Assembly (NCBI GenBank): GCA_030526225.1
Contig: JAUNDF010000060.1
Span: forward strand, 1 to 13,820
Reading direction: 5' to 3'
Length of the DNA: 13,820 bases
DNA from: Clostridia bacterium
GTDB lineage: Bacteria > Bacillota > Clostridia > Christensenellales > Aristaeellaceae
The notes beneath the pieces were generated by a model. It was not told the origin of the DNA. It saw nothing but the letters and a program-made list of their open reading frames with translations, and did not search any database. A program made the position numbers and the translations under genes. This document shows positions 6,607 through 13,820 of this stretch, one piece after another (position 1 is the first letter of the stretch; every line of letters begins with the position of its first letter).

Positions 6607-7395
6607 ATGGCAATGCTGAGTGTGGAAGGGCTGCGCAAGTCCTTCGGCGGCAACGAGATTTTGAAAGATATCAGTTTTTCTATGGAGCAGGGGGATGTGC
6701 TGTCCATCATCGGCTCCTCCGGCTCCGGCAAAACCACCCTGCTCCGGTGCCTCAATTTTCTGGAAACGCCGGATGCAGGCATCATCCGCATGGGGGATGA
6801 GGTGCTGCTGGATGCGGCAGACAAGCGCTCTGTGCGGGAAAGTGAAATCCGCAAAAAGCGGCTGCGCTTCGGGCTGGTGTTCCAGTCCTTCAACCTGTTC
6901 CCCCAGTATACGGCGCTGGAAAATGTGGTACTGGCCTGCGAGCTGCTGGCAAAGGAACGGCCTGACTACAAGCAGAACAAAAAGGCCATCCATCAGGAGA
7001 TTGTCACCCACGCGCAGGAGCTGCTGACCCAGATGGGCCTGCAGGACCGGATGGGCAACTATCCCCATCAGCTGTCCGGCGGTCAGTGCCAGCGGGTGGC
7101 CATCGCCCGTGCCCTGGCGCTGCATCCGGATATCCTCTGCTTTGACGAGCCCACCTCTGCCCTGGACCCCGAGCTGACCGGTGAGGTGCTGAAGGTCATC
7201 CGGGAGCTGGCGGACAAGAACACCACCATGATTATCGTCACCCACGAGATGTCCTTTGCGCGGAATGTTTCCAGCCGCGTCATCTTCATGGATGACGGCA
7301 AAATTCTTGAGGACGGCACCCCTGAGCAGGTGTTTGAAAATCCCAAATATGACCGCACCAGACAGTTCCTGTCCGGCTATGCCGGCGGTAACTGA
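6607..7395 (+). CDS. Amino-acid ABC transporter ATP-binding protein
   Basis: AAGGAGA at 6592-6598 precedes the ATG at 6607, so the track start at 6556 is rejected. Motifs present: Walker A GSSGSGKTT, Q-loop VFQSFNLF, signature LSGGQCQRVAIARAL, Walker B ILCFDEPTSALD and H-loop VTHEM. The stop is TGA. Confidence 0.95.
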   Translation: MAMLSVEGLRKSFGGNEILKDISFSMEQGDVLSIIGSSGSGKTTLLRCLNFLETPDAGIIRMGDEVLLDAADKRSVRESEIRKKRLRFGLVFQSFNLFPQYTALENVVLACELLAKERPDYKQNKKAIHQEIVTHAQELLTQMGLQDRMGNYPHQLSGGQCQRVAIARALALHPDILCFDEPTSALDPELTGEVLKVIRELADKNTTMIIVTHEMSFARNVSSRVIFMDDGKILEDGTPEQVFENPKYDRTRQFLSGYAGGN

Positions 7396-7399
7396 AACC

Positions 7400-7437
7400 G
7401 TCGCCCGGGCATGGCAGTGTCCGGGCGGCTTCGTTTT
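7400..7437 (+). terminator. Intrinsic terminator (first of a tandem pair) after the ABC operon
   Basis: The GC-rich stem 7400-7410/7419-7429 (core cgcccgg/ccgggcg) is followed by ttcgtttt. Confidence 0.55.
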
Positions 7438-7450
7438 CTGCGGTGTTTTC

Positions 7451-7478
7451 AAGGCTTCTCCGTTGGGGAGGCCTTTTG
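7451..7478 (+). terminator. Second intrinsic terminator
   Basis: The stem ggcttctcc (7453-7461) / ggggaggcc (7465-7473) includes two G-U pairs and has a 3-nt loop. It is followed by tttt. Confidence 0.5.
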
Positions 7479-7552
7479 TCTTATCCTGTTTTTTGTTGAA
7501 GAATGCACAAAAGAACTATGCAAATTTGGTAACTATTTTGCCATTCCGGCTG

Positions 7553-7582
7553 TAGACATGCAAAGCTTTTCTGTGATATAAT
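7553..7582 (+). promoter_or_regulatory. Extended -10 promoter upstream of RNase J
   Basis: TAGACA at 7553-7558, an 18-nt spacer containing TG at 7574-7575, then TATAAT at 7577-7582. This predicts a leader of about 210 nt before the rnj start. Confidence 0.65.
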
Positions 7583-7800
7583 GAAACAAATGAATTGCCG
7601 TGCATATAGACTGGTGTGCTGAAACGGCGATTTTCCTGCGGTTAACAATGTTCGTTTGGGAGATGTGTGTTCGCGCCGGAGGAACGCTGCGGATGATTCC
7701 CTGCGGAATCAAATCCTGCAAAGGTAAATATGGTAAAAATGGCGATGAAGCGTTTTTGCCTTTGTTTGTATATGTTCTTTAGTTGGAAAGGAGACCTAAG

Positions 7801-9486
7801 GTGAACCAAAAGATGAACATTAAACCTCAGTCACCCGGAAAGCTTCGGATTATTCCCCTTGGCGGCGTGGAAGAAATCGGCAAAAACATGACCGTTTTCG
7901 AGTACGAGAATGATATCGTGGTGGTGGACTGCGGTTCCATCTTCCCCGATGATGATATGCTGGGCGTAGACCTTGTCATTCCCGACGTCACCTATCTGGA
8001 GGAGCGCCGCCGCAATGTGCGGGGCTATCTGTTTACCCACGGCCACGAGGACCACATCGGTGCCACCCCTTATATCCTCAAGCAGGTGCCCGCGCCGGTG
8101 TACGGTACCAAGATTACCCTCGCGCTGGTGGATTTGAAGCTGAAGGAGCACCATGTGCCCGGCGTCAGCCTGCATGTGGTCAAGCCTCTGGATGAAGTAA
8201 AGCTGGGCAAGCACTTCACGGCCCGGTTTATCAATGTGTGCCACTCCATTGCCGGTGCCTGCGCCATTGCGCTGACCTGCCCCGCCGGTACGGTCATCAT
8301 CACCGGTGACTTCAAGATTGACCATACGCCCATCGACGGCCACGGCACCGACCTGCAGACCCTTGCCGATTACGGCGAAAAGGGCGTGCTGGCCATGCTG
8401 TGCGAATCCACCAACGTGGAGCGCGCCGGCTATACCATGAGCGAGCGCAAAATCAGCACCACCTTTGACGGCATCTTCCGCGAGGCAAAGGGCCGCGTGA
8501 TTGTGGCCATGTTTGCCAGCAATATCCACCGCGTACAGATGGTGGTGGACAACGCCATCAACTACGGCCGCCGCGTATGCTTCATCGGCCGCAGCATGGT
8601 GAATGTCAGCAGGGTCGCCATGCAGATTGGCGAATTGCACATCCCCGAGGAAGCGCTGATTGAAATTGACGAGCTGGACCGCTACTGCGATGATGAGGTG
8701 CTGGTGCTGACCACCGGCAGTCAGGGCGAGCCCATGGCCGGCCTGACCCGCATGGCCTTTGCCGAGCATCGCAAGCTGCAGATTCGCCAGACGGACACCG
8801 TGGTCATTTCTGCTACGCCCATCCCCGGCAACGAAAAGAACACCTCCCGTGTGCTCAACCAGCTGTTCCGCTGCGGCGCCAATGTGGTGTATTCCGCCAT
8901 TGCCGATGTGCATGCCTCCGGCCACGCCTGTCAGGAGGAAATCAAGCTGATGCACTCCATCGTCAAGCCCAAGTATTTCATCCCTGTGCACGGCGAATAC
9001 CGCATGCTGTGGCAGCACGCATTGCTGGCCGAAAGCATGGGCATCAACAGCAAGAACATCGTCCTGCCCGAGGTGGGTCAGGTAATCGAGATGAACGAGA
9101 ACACCCTCAGCCTTGGCGAGCAGGTTCCCTGCGGCACCCTGCTGGTGGATGGCCTTGGCGTTGGCGACGTGGGCAACGTGGTGCTCCGCGACCGCAAGCA
9201 CCTCAGTCAGGACGGCCTGATTATCGTCTCTTTGGTGGTGGACAACGAAAAGAATGTTGTCCTGGCCGGTCCCGATGTCATCAGCCGCGGCTTCATCTAT
9301 GTGCGTGAAAACGAGGAAATCATCGACAACATCCGTGAGTATGCCCGCGGCATCGTCAATGATTCCATCAACCGCGGTGACGAAATCAACGTGATGAAGA
9401 ACCGCATCAAGGATGAGCTGCACCGCTTCATCTTCGACAAAATCAAACGCAACCCGATGATCCTCCCGATCATCCAGGATATTTAA
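7801..9486 (+). CDS. rnj: Ribonuclease J (metallo-beta-lactamase / beta-CASP family)
   Basis: AAGGAG at 7788-7793 lies 7 nt before the GTG at 7801. Alternative starts are ATG at 7813 or the track TTG at 7783. The protein has the LRIIPLGGVEEIGKNMTVFEY N-terminus and the HGHEDH zinc motif (FTHGHEDHIG). At about 560 aa its length is typical of RNase J. The stop is TAA. Confidence 0.95.
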   Translation: MNQKMNIKPQSPGKLRIIPLGGVEEIGKNMTVFEYENDIVVVDCGSIFPDDDMLGVDLVIPDVTYLEERRRNVRGYLFTHGHEDHIGATPYILKQVPAPVYGTKITLALVDLKLKEHHVPGVSLHVVKPLDEVKLGKHFTARFINVCHSIAGACAIALTCPAGTVIITGDFKIDHTPIDGHGTDLQTLADYGEKGVLAMLCESTNVERAGYTMSERKISTTFDGIFREAKGRVIVAMFASNIHRVQMVVDNAINYGRRVCFIGRSMVNVSRVAMQIGELHIPEEALIEIDELDRYCDDEVLVLTTGSQGEPMAGLTRMAFAEHRKLQIRQTDTVVISATPIPGNEKNTSRVLNQLFRCGANVVYSAIADVHASGHACQEEIKLMHSIVKPKYFIPVHGEYRMLWQHALLAESMGINSKNIVLPEVGQVIEMNENTLSLGEQVPCGTLLVDGLGVGDVGNVVLRDRKHLSQDGLIIVSLVVDNEKNVVLAGPDVISRGFIYVRENEEIIDNIREYARGIVNDSINRGDEINVMKNRIKDELHRFIFDKIKRNPMILPIIQDI

Positions 9487-9493
9487 CCATCAG

Positions 9494-9532
9494 GCAGGAC
9501 ATCGCGACAACAGCCGGATGTCCTGCTTTTTT
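9494..9532 (+). terminator. Rho-independent terminator after rnj
   Basis: gcaggacatc (9494-9503) pairs with gatgtcctgc (9517-9526) and is followed by TTTTTT (9527-9532). Confidence 0.8.
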
Positions 9533-9596
9533 ATCATTGAACAGGAGCAGGGATGAAACCGCCCTGCCGGTTCGTTCTGTTAACGGAGGGATACAC

Positions 9597-9944
9597 ATGG
9601 AATATTCACAGGCACACATCCTTGCCCGCGCCATCCGCGACAGTGAAGAGTATCAGACCTACCACAGCCTGCGGGATGAAATCAAGGGTGATGCAACCAC
9701 CGATGCCCTGATTAAGGAATACAAGAAGCTGCAGATTTCCCTGCAGATGGCCACCATGTCCGGCCAGAAGCCTGACGACACCGACATGCAGCGCTTTCAG
9801 GGGATTTCCTCTCTGCTGTTCACCAAGCCGGAGGTATCTCAGTATCTGCTGGCGGAAATGCGGCTGCAGCAGGCGCTGGCAGACATTTTCAAGATTCTTA
9901 CGGATGCGGCGGATATCGATATCCAGATGCCCGACCCGTCCTGA
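9597..9944 (+). CDS. YlbF/YmcA/YheA-family (UPF0342-like) protein
   Basis: GGAGGG at 9585-9590 precedes the ATG at 9597, so the track start at 9537 is rejected. The 115-aa helical protein begins ...LARAIRDSEEYQTYHSLRDEI... and contains ...LIKEYKKLQ.... From memory this resembles Bacillus YheA/YlbF. The stop is TGA. Confidence 0.7.
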   Translation: MEYSQAHILARAIRDSEEYQTYHSLRDEIKGDATTDALIKEYKKLQISLQMATMSGQKPDDTDMQRFQGISSLLFTKPEVSQYLLAEMRLQQALADIFKILTDAADIDIQMPDPS

Positions 9945-9958
9945 TGGAGGGATGACCG

Positions 9959-11152
9959 TTGCACGACGGCAAAAAAGAAGAAAAAAACTATACCTACCGC
10001 ACCATGCGGGATGAGCGGGCCTACGGGTTCTACTGGTATTCCGCCGTGTGGAAGGTTCTGCGCCCCATCCTGATGGGTCTTGGCGTGCTGCTGGTGGTGG
10101 CAGGCATATTGCTCTCGGTGTGGAACAAGGTGTACAGCGAGTTTCTGGCACCGGTGGATGCCGCGGATCCCACACCAGTGGAGTTCACCGTAGCCAGCGG
10201 CCAAAGCCTCAGCCGCGTTTCCCGCAATCTGGAGGAGGCCGGACTGATTCGCTCCAAGACCGTGTTCAAGTACTACTGTGATTTTTCCGGCTTCGGGCAG
10301 AAAATCCAGTCCGGCAATTATGTCCTCACCCGGGACATGACCATGGAGGCCATTGCCGACCGTCTGACCACCGGCGATGGCAACGCGCTGGTGCGCAACA
10401 TCACCATGATTCCCGGCTGGACCATTGAGGATTTTGCCGCAAAGCTTCTGGCAGACGGCGTCATCAAGGACCGGGAGCATTTCCTGTCCCTGTGCCGGGA
10501 TGGCCGTGCTTTCTCGGACTACTACTACATCGCCGATGTGCTGGCCACCAAAACGGCATCCCAGCGCAAGTATGTGCTGGAGGGCTATCTGGCGCCCAAC
10601 ACCTACGAGATTTACACCACCGCCACCGATGAGGATATCATCCGCAAGCTGCTCAGCCAGACAGAGGCGGCCTTCCCCTCGGATTTCCAGGACCGCATCG
10701 CGGAGCTGGGCTTCTCCATGGACCAGCTTGTGACCATGGCCTCCATGATTGAGAAGGAAGCCAAGCCGGATGATTTTGCCCGGGTTGCCGCCGTGTTCCA
10801 CAACCGCCTGAAGGCCGGCATGAAGCTGCAGAGCGATGTCACCATCCATTATGTCAGCGGTGTGCTGAAGATGGATCTGGACAAAAAAGATCTGGCCATC
10901 GACAGCCCCTACAACACCTACAAGGTCAGCGGTCTGCCGGTGGGCCCCATCTGCAACCCGTCCTCCGCGGCCATTATGGCGGCGCTGTACCCGGATGAGG
11001 GCTTTATTGCCGACAACTACCTGTACTTCTGTGCCAAGGATCCGGAGAGCGGCGAGCTGCACTTCTCCCGCACCCTGGCCGAGCATGAGCAGGCCGTGGC
11101 CATCTATGCGCCCCTGTGGAAGGCATACGATGAGCAGCGGGGCATCCAGTAA
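9959..11152 (+). CDS. mltG: Endolytic murein transglycosylase MltG (YceG-like)
   Basis: GGAGG at 9946-9950 lies 8 nt before the TTG at 9959; ATG at 10004 is the alternative start. There is one N-terminal TM helix (ILMGLGVLLVVAGILLSVW). YceG motifs are LEGYLAPNTYEI, ASMIEKEA, VFHNRLKAGMKLQSDVTIHY and SPYNTYKVSGLPVGPICNPS. The stop is TAA. Confidence 0.9.
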   Translation: MHDGKKEEKNYTYRTMRDERAYGFYWYSAVWKVLRPILMGLGVLLVVAGILLSVWNKVYSEFLAPVDAADPTPVEFTVASGQSLSRVSRNLEEAGLIRSKTVFKYYCDFSGFGQKIQSGNYVLTRDMTMEAIADRLTTGDGNALVRNITMIPGWTIEDFAAKLLADGVIKDREHFLSLCRDGRAFSDYYYIADVLATKTASQRKYVLEGYLAPNTYEIYTTATDEDIIRKLLSQTEAAFPSDFQDRIAELGFSMDQLVTMASMIEKEAKPDDFARVAAVFHNRLKAGMKLQSDVTIHYVSGVLKMDLDKKDLAIDSPYNTYKVSGLPVGPICNPSSAAIMAALYPDEGFIADNYLYFCAKDPESGELHFSRTLAEHEQAVAIYAPLWKAYDEQRGIQ

Positions 11153-11165
11153 CATCATCAATATG

Positions 11166-11197
11166 AGCCGGAAGGGTGAATGCCCCTCCGGCTTTTG
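11166..11197 (+). terminator. Intrinsic terminator after mltG
   Basis: The stem agccggaaggg (11166-11176) / cccctccggct (11183-11193) has one mismatch. It is followed by tttt. Confidence 0.6.
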
Positions 11198-11210
11198 CTT
11201 TGCGGGAGAA

Positions 11211-11239
11211 TTGCAAGTTTTCATAACATCCGCTATAAT
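11211..11239 (+). promoter_or_regulatory. Sigma-A promoter of the U32 gene
   Basis: TTGCAA at 11211-11216, a 17-nt spacer, then TATAAT at 11234-11239. Confidence 0.7.
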
Positions 11240-11266
11240 GGATGGGTAAGAAAGGATTGATGACAG

Positions 11267-12511
11267 ATGGCATATACAGGAAAAATGGAGCTGCTTTGCC
11301 CCGCCGGCAGCATGGATGCGCTGGAGGCCGCACTGCACTTCGGTGCAGATGCGGTGTATGCGGGCATGAAGCGTTTTGGCCTGCGGGCCTTTGCCGGCAA
11401 TTTTGATGAGCCCTCCCTGCGCATGGCGGTGGAGAAGACACATCGGGCCGGGAAAAAATTCTACCTGACCATGAACGTTTTCCCCTACGATGACCAGCTG
11501 GAGGCCTTTGTGGGCGCGGCGCGGCTTGCCCATGCCATCGGCGTGGATGCGGCCATCGTCAGCGATTTGGGCGCCATCGTAACACTGCGCCGGGAGGTGC
11601 CGGGGCTGCCCATCCACGTGAGCACCCAGGCCAGCACAGTCAACAGCGCGGCGGTGGAGCATTACAGACAGCTGGGCTGTCAGCGGGTGATTCTCGCTCG
11701 GGAGGTTTCCATTGAGCGGGCAGGCAAAATCAATGCCAATCTGGAAGAGCAGATGGAGCTGGAGATGTTCGCACACGGTGCAAGCTGCATGGCTTGGTCC
11801 GGCCGGTGCATGCTGTCGGCTGAGATGACCGGCCGCAGTGCCAATCAGGGTGCCTGTGCCCAGCCCTGCCGCTGGCAATATGCAGTGATGGAAATGAAGC
11901 GCCCCGGGGAATACATGCCCGTTTGCGAGGATGAAAACGGCACCTATATTTTCTCCGCCAAGGACCTGAACCTGATGCCCGTGCTGCCCGAAATGAAGCG
12001 CGCCGGCATTGCCAGCCTGAAGGTGGAGGGCCGCATGAAGACCGAATACTATGTGGCCACCGTGGCGGCTGCCTATCGCCGCGGCATCGATATTCTGGAG
12101 CAGCAGGGCGAGGAAGCCTTCCGCGCCGCACTGCCCTCCCTGATGGAGGAGCTCAGCTGTGCCAGCCATCGGGACAGCGACACCGGCTTTGCCGTGACTG
12201 CCCCCGAACAGCCTGCCGGAGCCGAGGGCTTCCATCAGACGCGGGAATACATCGCCAAGGTGGCCGAGGATTGCCCCGACGGCAAGGGCGTCAGATTTTT
12301 GCTGAAGAACCGCTTCTTTGCCGGTGACGAGCTGGAGCTTTTGACCCCTTCCGGCGTGAAGATGCTGACAGCCCCCCGCTTCATCCGGGAAAAGACAGGG
12401 GAGGAATGCGACACCCTGGGTATCGGCGGCGAAATCATCTGCATGGATTTGCCCTTTGGCGTGGAAAAGGGTGACATCCTCCGTGGTCCGGTTCGCAATC
12501 ACAGAGGGTAA
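11267..12511 (+). CDS. Peptidase U32 family protein (collagenase-like; TrhP/RlhA-type family)
   Basis: The N-terminus ELLCPAGSMDALEAALHFGADAVY is typical of the family. The sequence EMFAHGASCMAWSGRCMLS is a near match to the U32 signature E-x-F-x2-G-[SA]-x-C-x4-G-x-C-x-[LIVM]-S. The start is ATG at 11267, or ATG at 11285 (MELL). The stop is TAA TAA. Confidence 0.9.
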   Translation: MAYTGKMELLCPAGSMDALEAALHFGADAVYAGMKRFGLRAFAGNFDEPSLRMAVEKTHRAGKKFYLTMNVFPYDDQLEAFVGAARLAHAIGVDAAIVSDLGAIVTLRREVPGLPIHVSTQASTVNSAAVEHYRQLGCQRVILAREVSIERAGKINANLEEQMELEMFAHGASCMAWSGRCMLSAEMTGRSANQGACAQPCRWQYAVMEMKRPGEYMPVCEDENGTYIFSAKDLNLMPVLPEMKRAGIASLKVEGRMKTEYYVATVAAAYRRGIDILEQQGEEAFRAALPSLMEELSCASHRDSDTGFAVTAPEQPAGAEGFHQTREYIAKVAEDCPDGKGVRFLLKNRFFAGDELELLTPSGVKMLTAPRFIREKTGEECDTLGIGGEIICMDLPFGVEKGDILRGPVRNHRG

Positions 12512-12550
12512 TAATCAGCATAATGCAATATGTTGCAGTTTAATGCAACA

Positions 12551-12587
12551 ACAGGGTACGGGTGTTTCACCTGTGCCTTGTTTTTTG
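12551..12587 (+). terminator. Rho-independent terminator after the U32 gene
   Basis: A 14-bp stem (12551-12564 with 12568-12581, including G-U pairs) has a 3-nt loop and is followed by a T-tract (12582-12586). Confidence 0.75.
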
Positions 12588-12629
12588 TCAGTTTTCGCGA
12601 GAAAAATGCACAAAAAACATGGAAAACGC

Positions 12630-12658
12630 TTGATAGTTACACAAAAGTAATATATAGT
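12630..12658 (+). promoter_or_regulatory. Sigma-A promoter of the histidine kinase gene
   Basis: TTGATA at 12630-12635, a 17-nt spacer, then TATAGT at 12653-12658. Confidence 0.65.
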
Positions 12659-12731
12659 TACAATGTGCAGCGTTATAAATGTAAGTGTTTATCGATAGAC
12701 GAGGAATGAATTATCTGCCTGAGGTGAACCG

Positions 12732-13820
12732 ATGCCGTTGTTTTTTACCAAGCTGAAGCGCGCCATAAGCAATCAGGATGAATACTTTTTGTCCCACCGG
12801 GAGGAGATTGCCCGGCTGAGCCTGACAAAGATGAAGCTGACCTCCATTTTCGTGGTGGTGGTGTACCTGCTGTTTCAGGTTGTGTCGCTCATCCTGTATC
12901 ATCATCTGGATTTGCGGCTGATTTATCTGATTCCCATTGTGCTGCTGGCCGCCTTCTATCCCGTCAGCCGCTGCCTTTACCGTCGGGGAATGTCCCGCTA
13001 TGTGGCACTGCAGCTGCCCTGCCTGATGCAGATTGTGACCGCCGCCTTTCTGGTTTTGGTGGATACAGCCGCAGCCCCCGGTTACAGCGCGGTCTACACG
13101 CCGCTGATGATTGTGGTGGCACCGGTGCTGTTCTATCTGCCGCTGCGCTATGAGGTGTTCATCACCGCGGCCACCTATGGCGGCTTTCTGGCCATGATGT
13201 ATCGCTTTGAGGAAGCGCGATTCTTCGAGAGTGATTTCTTCCTTGTCACGGTCAGCTTTGGCTTCTCGTTGGCGGTGCTGTCCATGATGGTGAACATGCG
13301 CTATGAAAAAACGCGTGATGTGCTTCAGCTATAGGCTCAGCAGCAGCTGAACGATGCTCTTCGCGCAGCCAAGGAGGAAACCGAGGCTGCCTATGAGGAG
13401 GCCAAGCGGGCCAACGCCGCCAAGTCGGAATTCCTCTCCCGCATGAGCCACGACATCCGCACCCCCATGAACGTGGTGGTGGGCATGACGGAAATCGCCC
13501 GCCGTCACATTGATGAAAAGGAGCGGGTGGAGGACTGCCTGAACAAAATCAACATGGAATCCATCCATCTGCAGACGCTCATCAACGATGTGCTGGACAT
13601 CTCTGCCATTGAATCGGGCAAGCTGACCATCAAGCCGGAGGAAATCCGGGTGAAGGACATTGTGGAAAACATGAAGGTGTCCGTGCAGAGTCTGGTGCAT
13701 TCCAAGGCGGTGGACTTTGAGTATCGGCAGGGGAACATTTTCTTCCCCTACATCAACGCCGATTCCCTGCGCATCAGTCAGGTGTATCTGAACCTGCTGT
13801 CCAACGCCCTCAAGTACACC
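12732..13820 (+). pseudogene. Membrane sensor histidine kinase, 3'-partial, interrupted by one in-frame TAG between the TM sensor domain and the kinase core (pseudogene under the standard code, or amber read-through)
   Basis: GAGGTG at 12721-12726 precedes the ATG at 12732. Positions 12732-13331 encode about six hydrophobic helices. TAG lies at 13332-13334. The same frame then stays open for 162 codons to the window edge. That stretch encodes a coiled-coil linker, the HisKA H-box (AKSEFLSRMSHDIRTPMN) and the start of the ATPase N-box (LNLLSNALKYT). No SD-preceded in-frame start exists between the TAG and the H-box. Confidence 0.75.

Noticed and set aside
5901-7452. 330-aa and 288-aa minus-strand ORFs (5901-6893, 6586-7452), plus the plus-strand out-of-frame ORFs 6083-6619 and 6695-7027
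   Set aside because: They overlap the permease and ATPase genes, which carry canonical ABC motifs. They have no SD and a biased Arg/Gly/Ala/Gln composition.
7600-7782. 60-aa ORF inside the rnj leader
   Set aside because: It has no SD and an odd Cys/Trp-rich composition. The region is better explained as structured untranslated leader. A leader-peptide function cannot be excluded but has no support.
7831-9423. 530-aa minus-strand ORF
   Set aside because: It is antisense to RNase J, whose identity is unambiguous (HGHEDH motif). It is a shadow ORF.
5035-9596. Longer N-terminal extensions given by the ORF track (starts at 5035, 5871, 6556, 7783, 9537)
   Set aside because: In each case an internal ATG or GTG (5053, 5907, 6607, 7801, 9597) lies 5-9 nt downstream of a strong AGGAGG-like SD. 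These internal starts give N-termini typical of the protein family. The upstream starts lack an SD or overlap the preceding gene or terminator.
9839-12502. 887-aa minus-strand ORF
   Set aside because: It is antisense to mltG and the U32 gene, both of which have clear family motifs. It has the same shadow-ORF composition and crosses a terminator/promoter spacer.
13329-13738. Minus-strand ORFs 13329-13700 and 13505-13738
   Set aside because: They are antisense to the histidine kinase core, which has clear H-box and N-box motifs in the plus frame. They are shadow ORFs.
1-13820. Mobile elements, CRISPR arrays, defence or toxin-antitoxin modules, prophage genes
   Set aside because: No transposase, integrase or Cas-like ORFs were found, and no regularly spaced repeat array. 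No small paired ORFs with toxin-antitoxin architecture are present. Every sizeable real ORF has a housekeeping-type assignment.

Overview
Chromosomal, mostly housekeeping segment. Its high GC3 codon usage, strong AGGAGG-type Shine-Dalgarno sites and RNase J/YlbF/MltG/U32 gene content suggest a GC-rich Firmicute, probably a Clostridia/Oscillospiraceae-like organism (inference only). Minus strand: adhE followed 24 nt later by a small APH/choline-kinase-fold phosphotransferase gene. Plus strand: a DUF6273-like secreted protein gene, a three-gene polar amino-acid ABC transporter operon (binding protein, permease, ATPase), RNase J, a YlbF/YheA-family gene, mltG, a U32-family peptidase/RNA-hydroxylation-type gene, and a membrane histidine kinase that runs off the 3' edge. 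Most units have recognisable sigma-A promoters and intrinsic terminators. No tRNA, rRNA, CRISPR array, transposase or defence-type gene was seen. The most unusual observation is that two unrelated genes (DUF6273-like at 4236-4238, histidine kinase at 13332-13334) are each interrupted by a single in-frame TAG and show no other damage. None of the 10 genuine gene ends in the window uses TAG (7 TAA, 3 TGA). This means either two independent amber pseudogenes or amber suppression/TAG recoding, and only genome-wide data can decide. Secondary observations: a GC-rich multi-helix leader and a Rex-like box at adhE, a GC-rich inverted repeat in a 3' UTR, a perfect 10-bp palindrome over the ABC operon -10 box, and a long structured leader before RNase J. 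The very long antisense ORFs in the track (1194, 887, 530, 330, 288 aa) are shadow ORFs.
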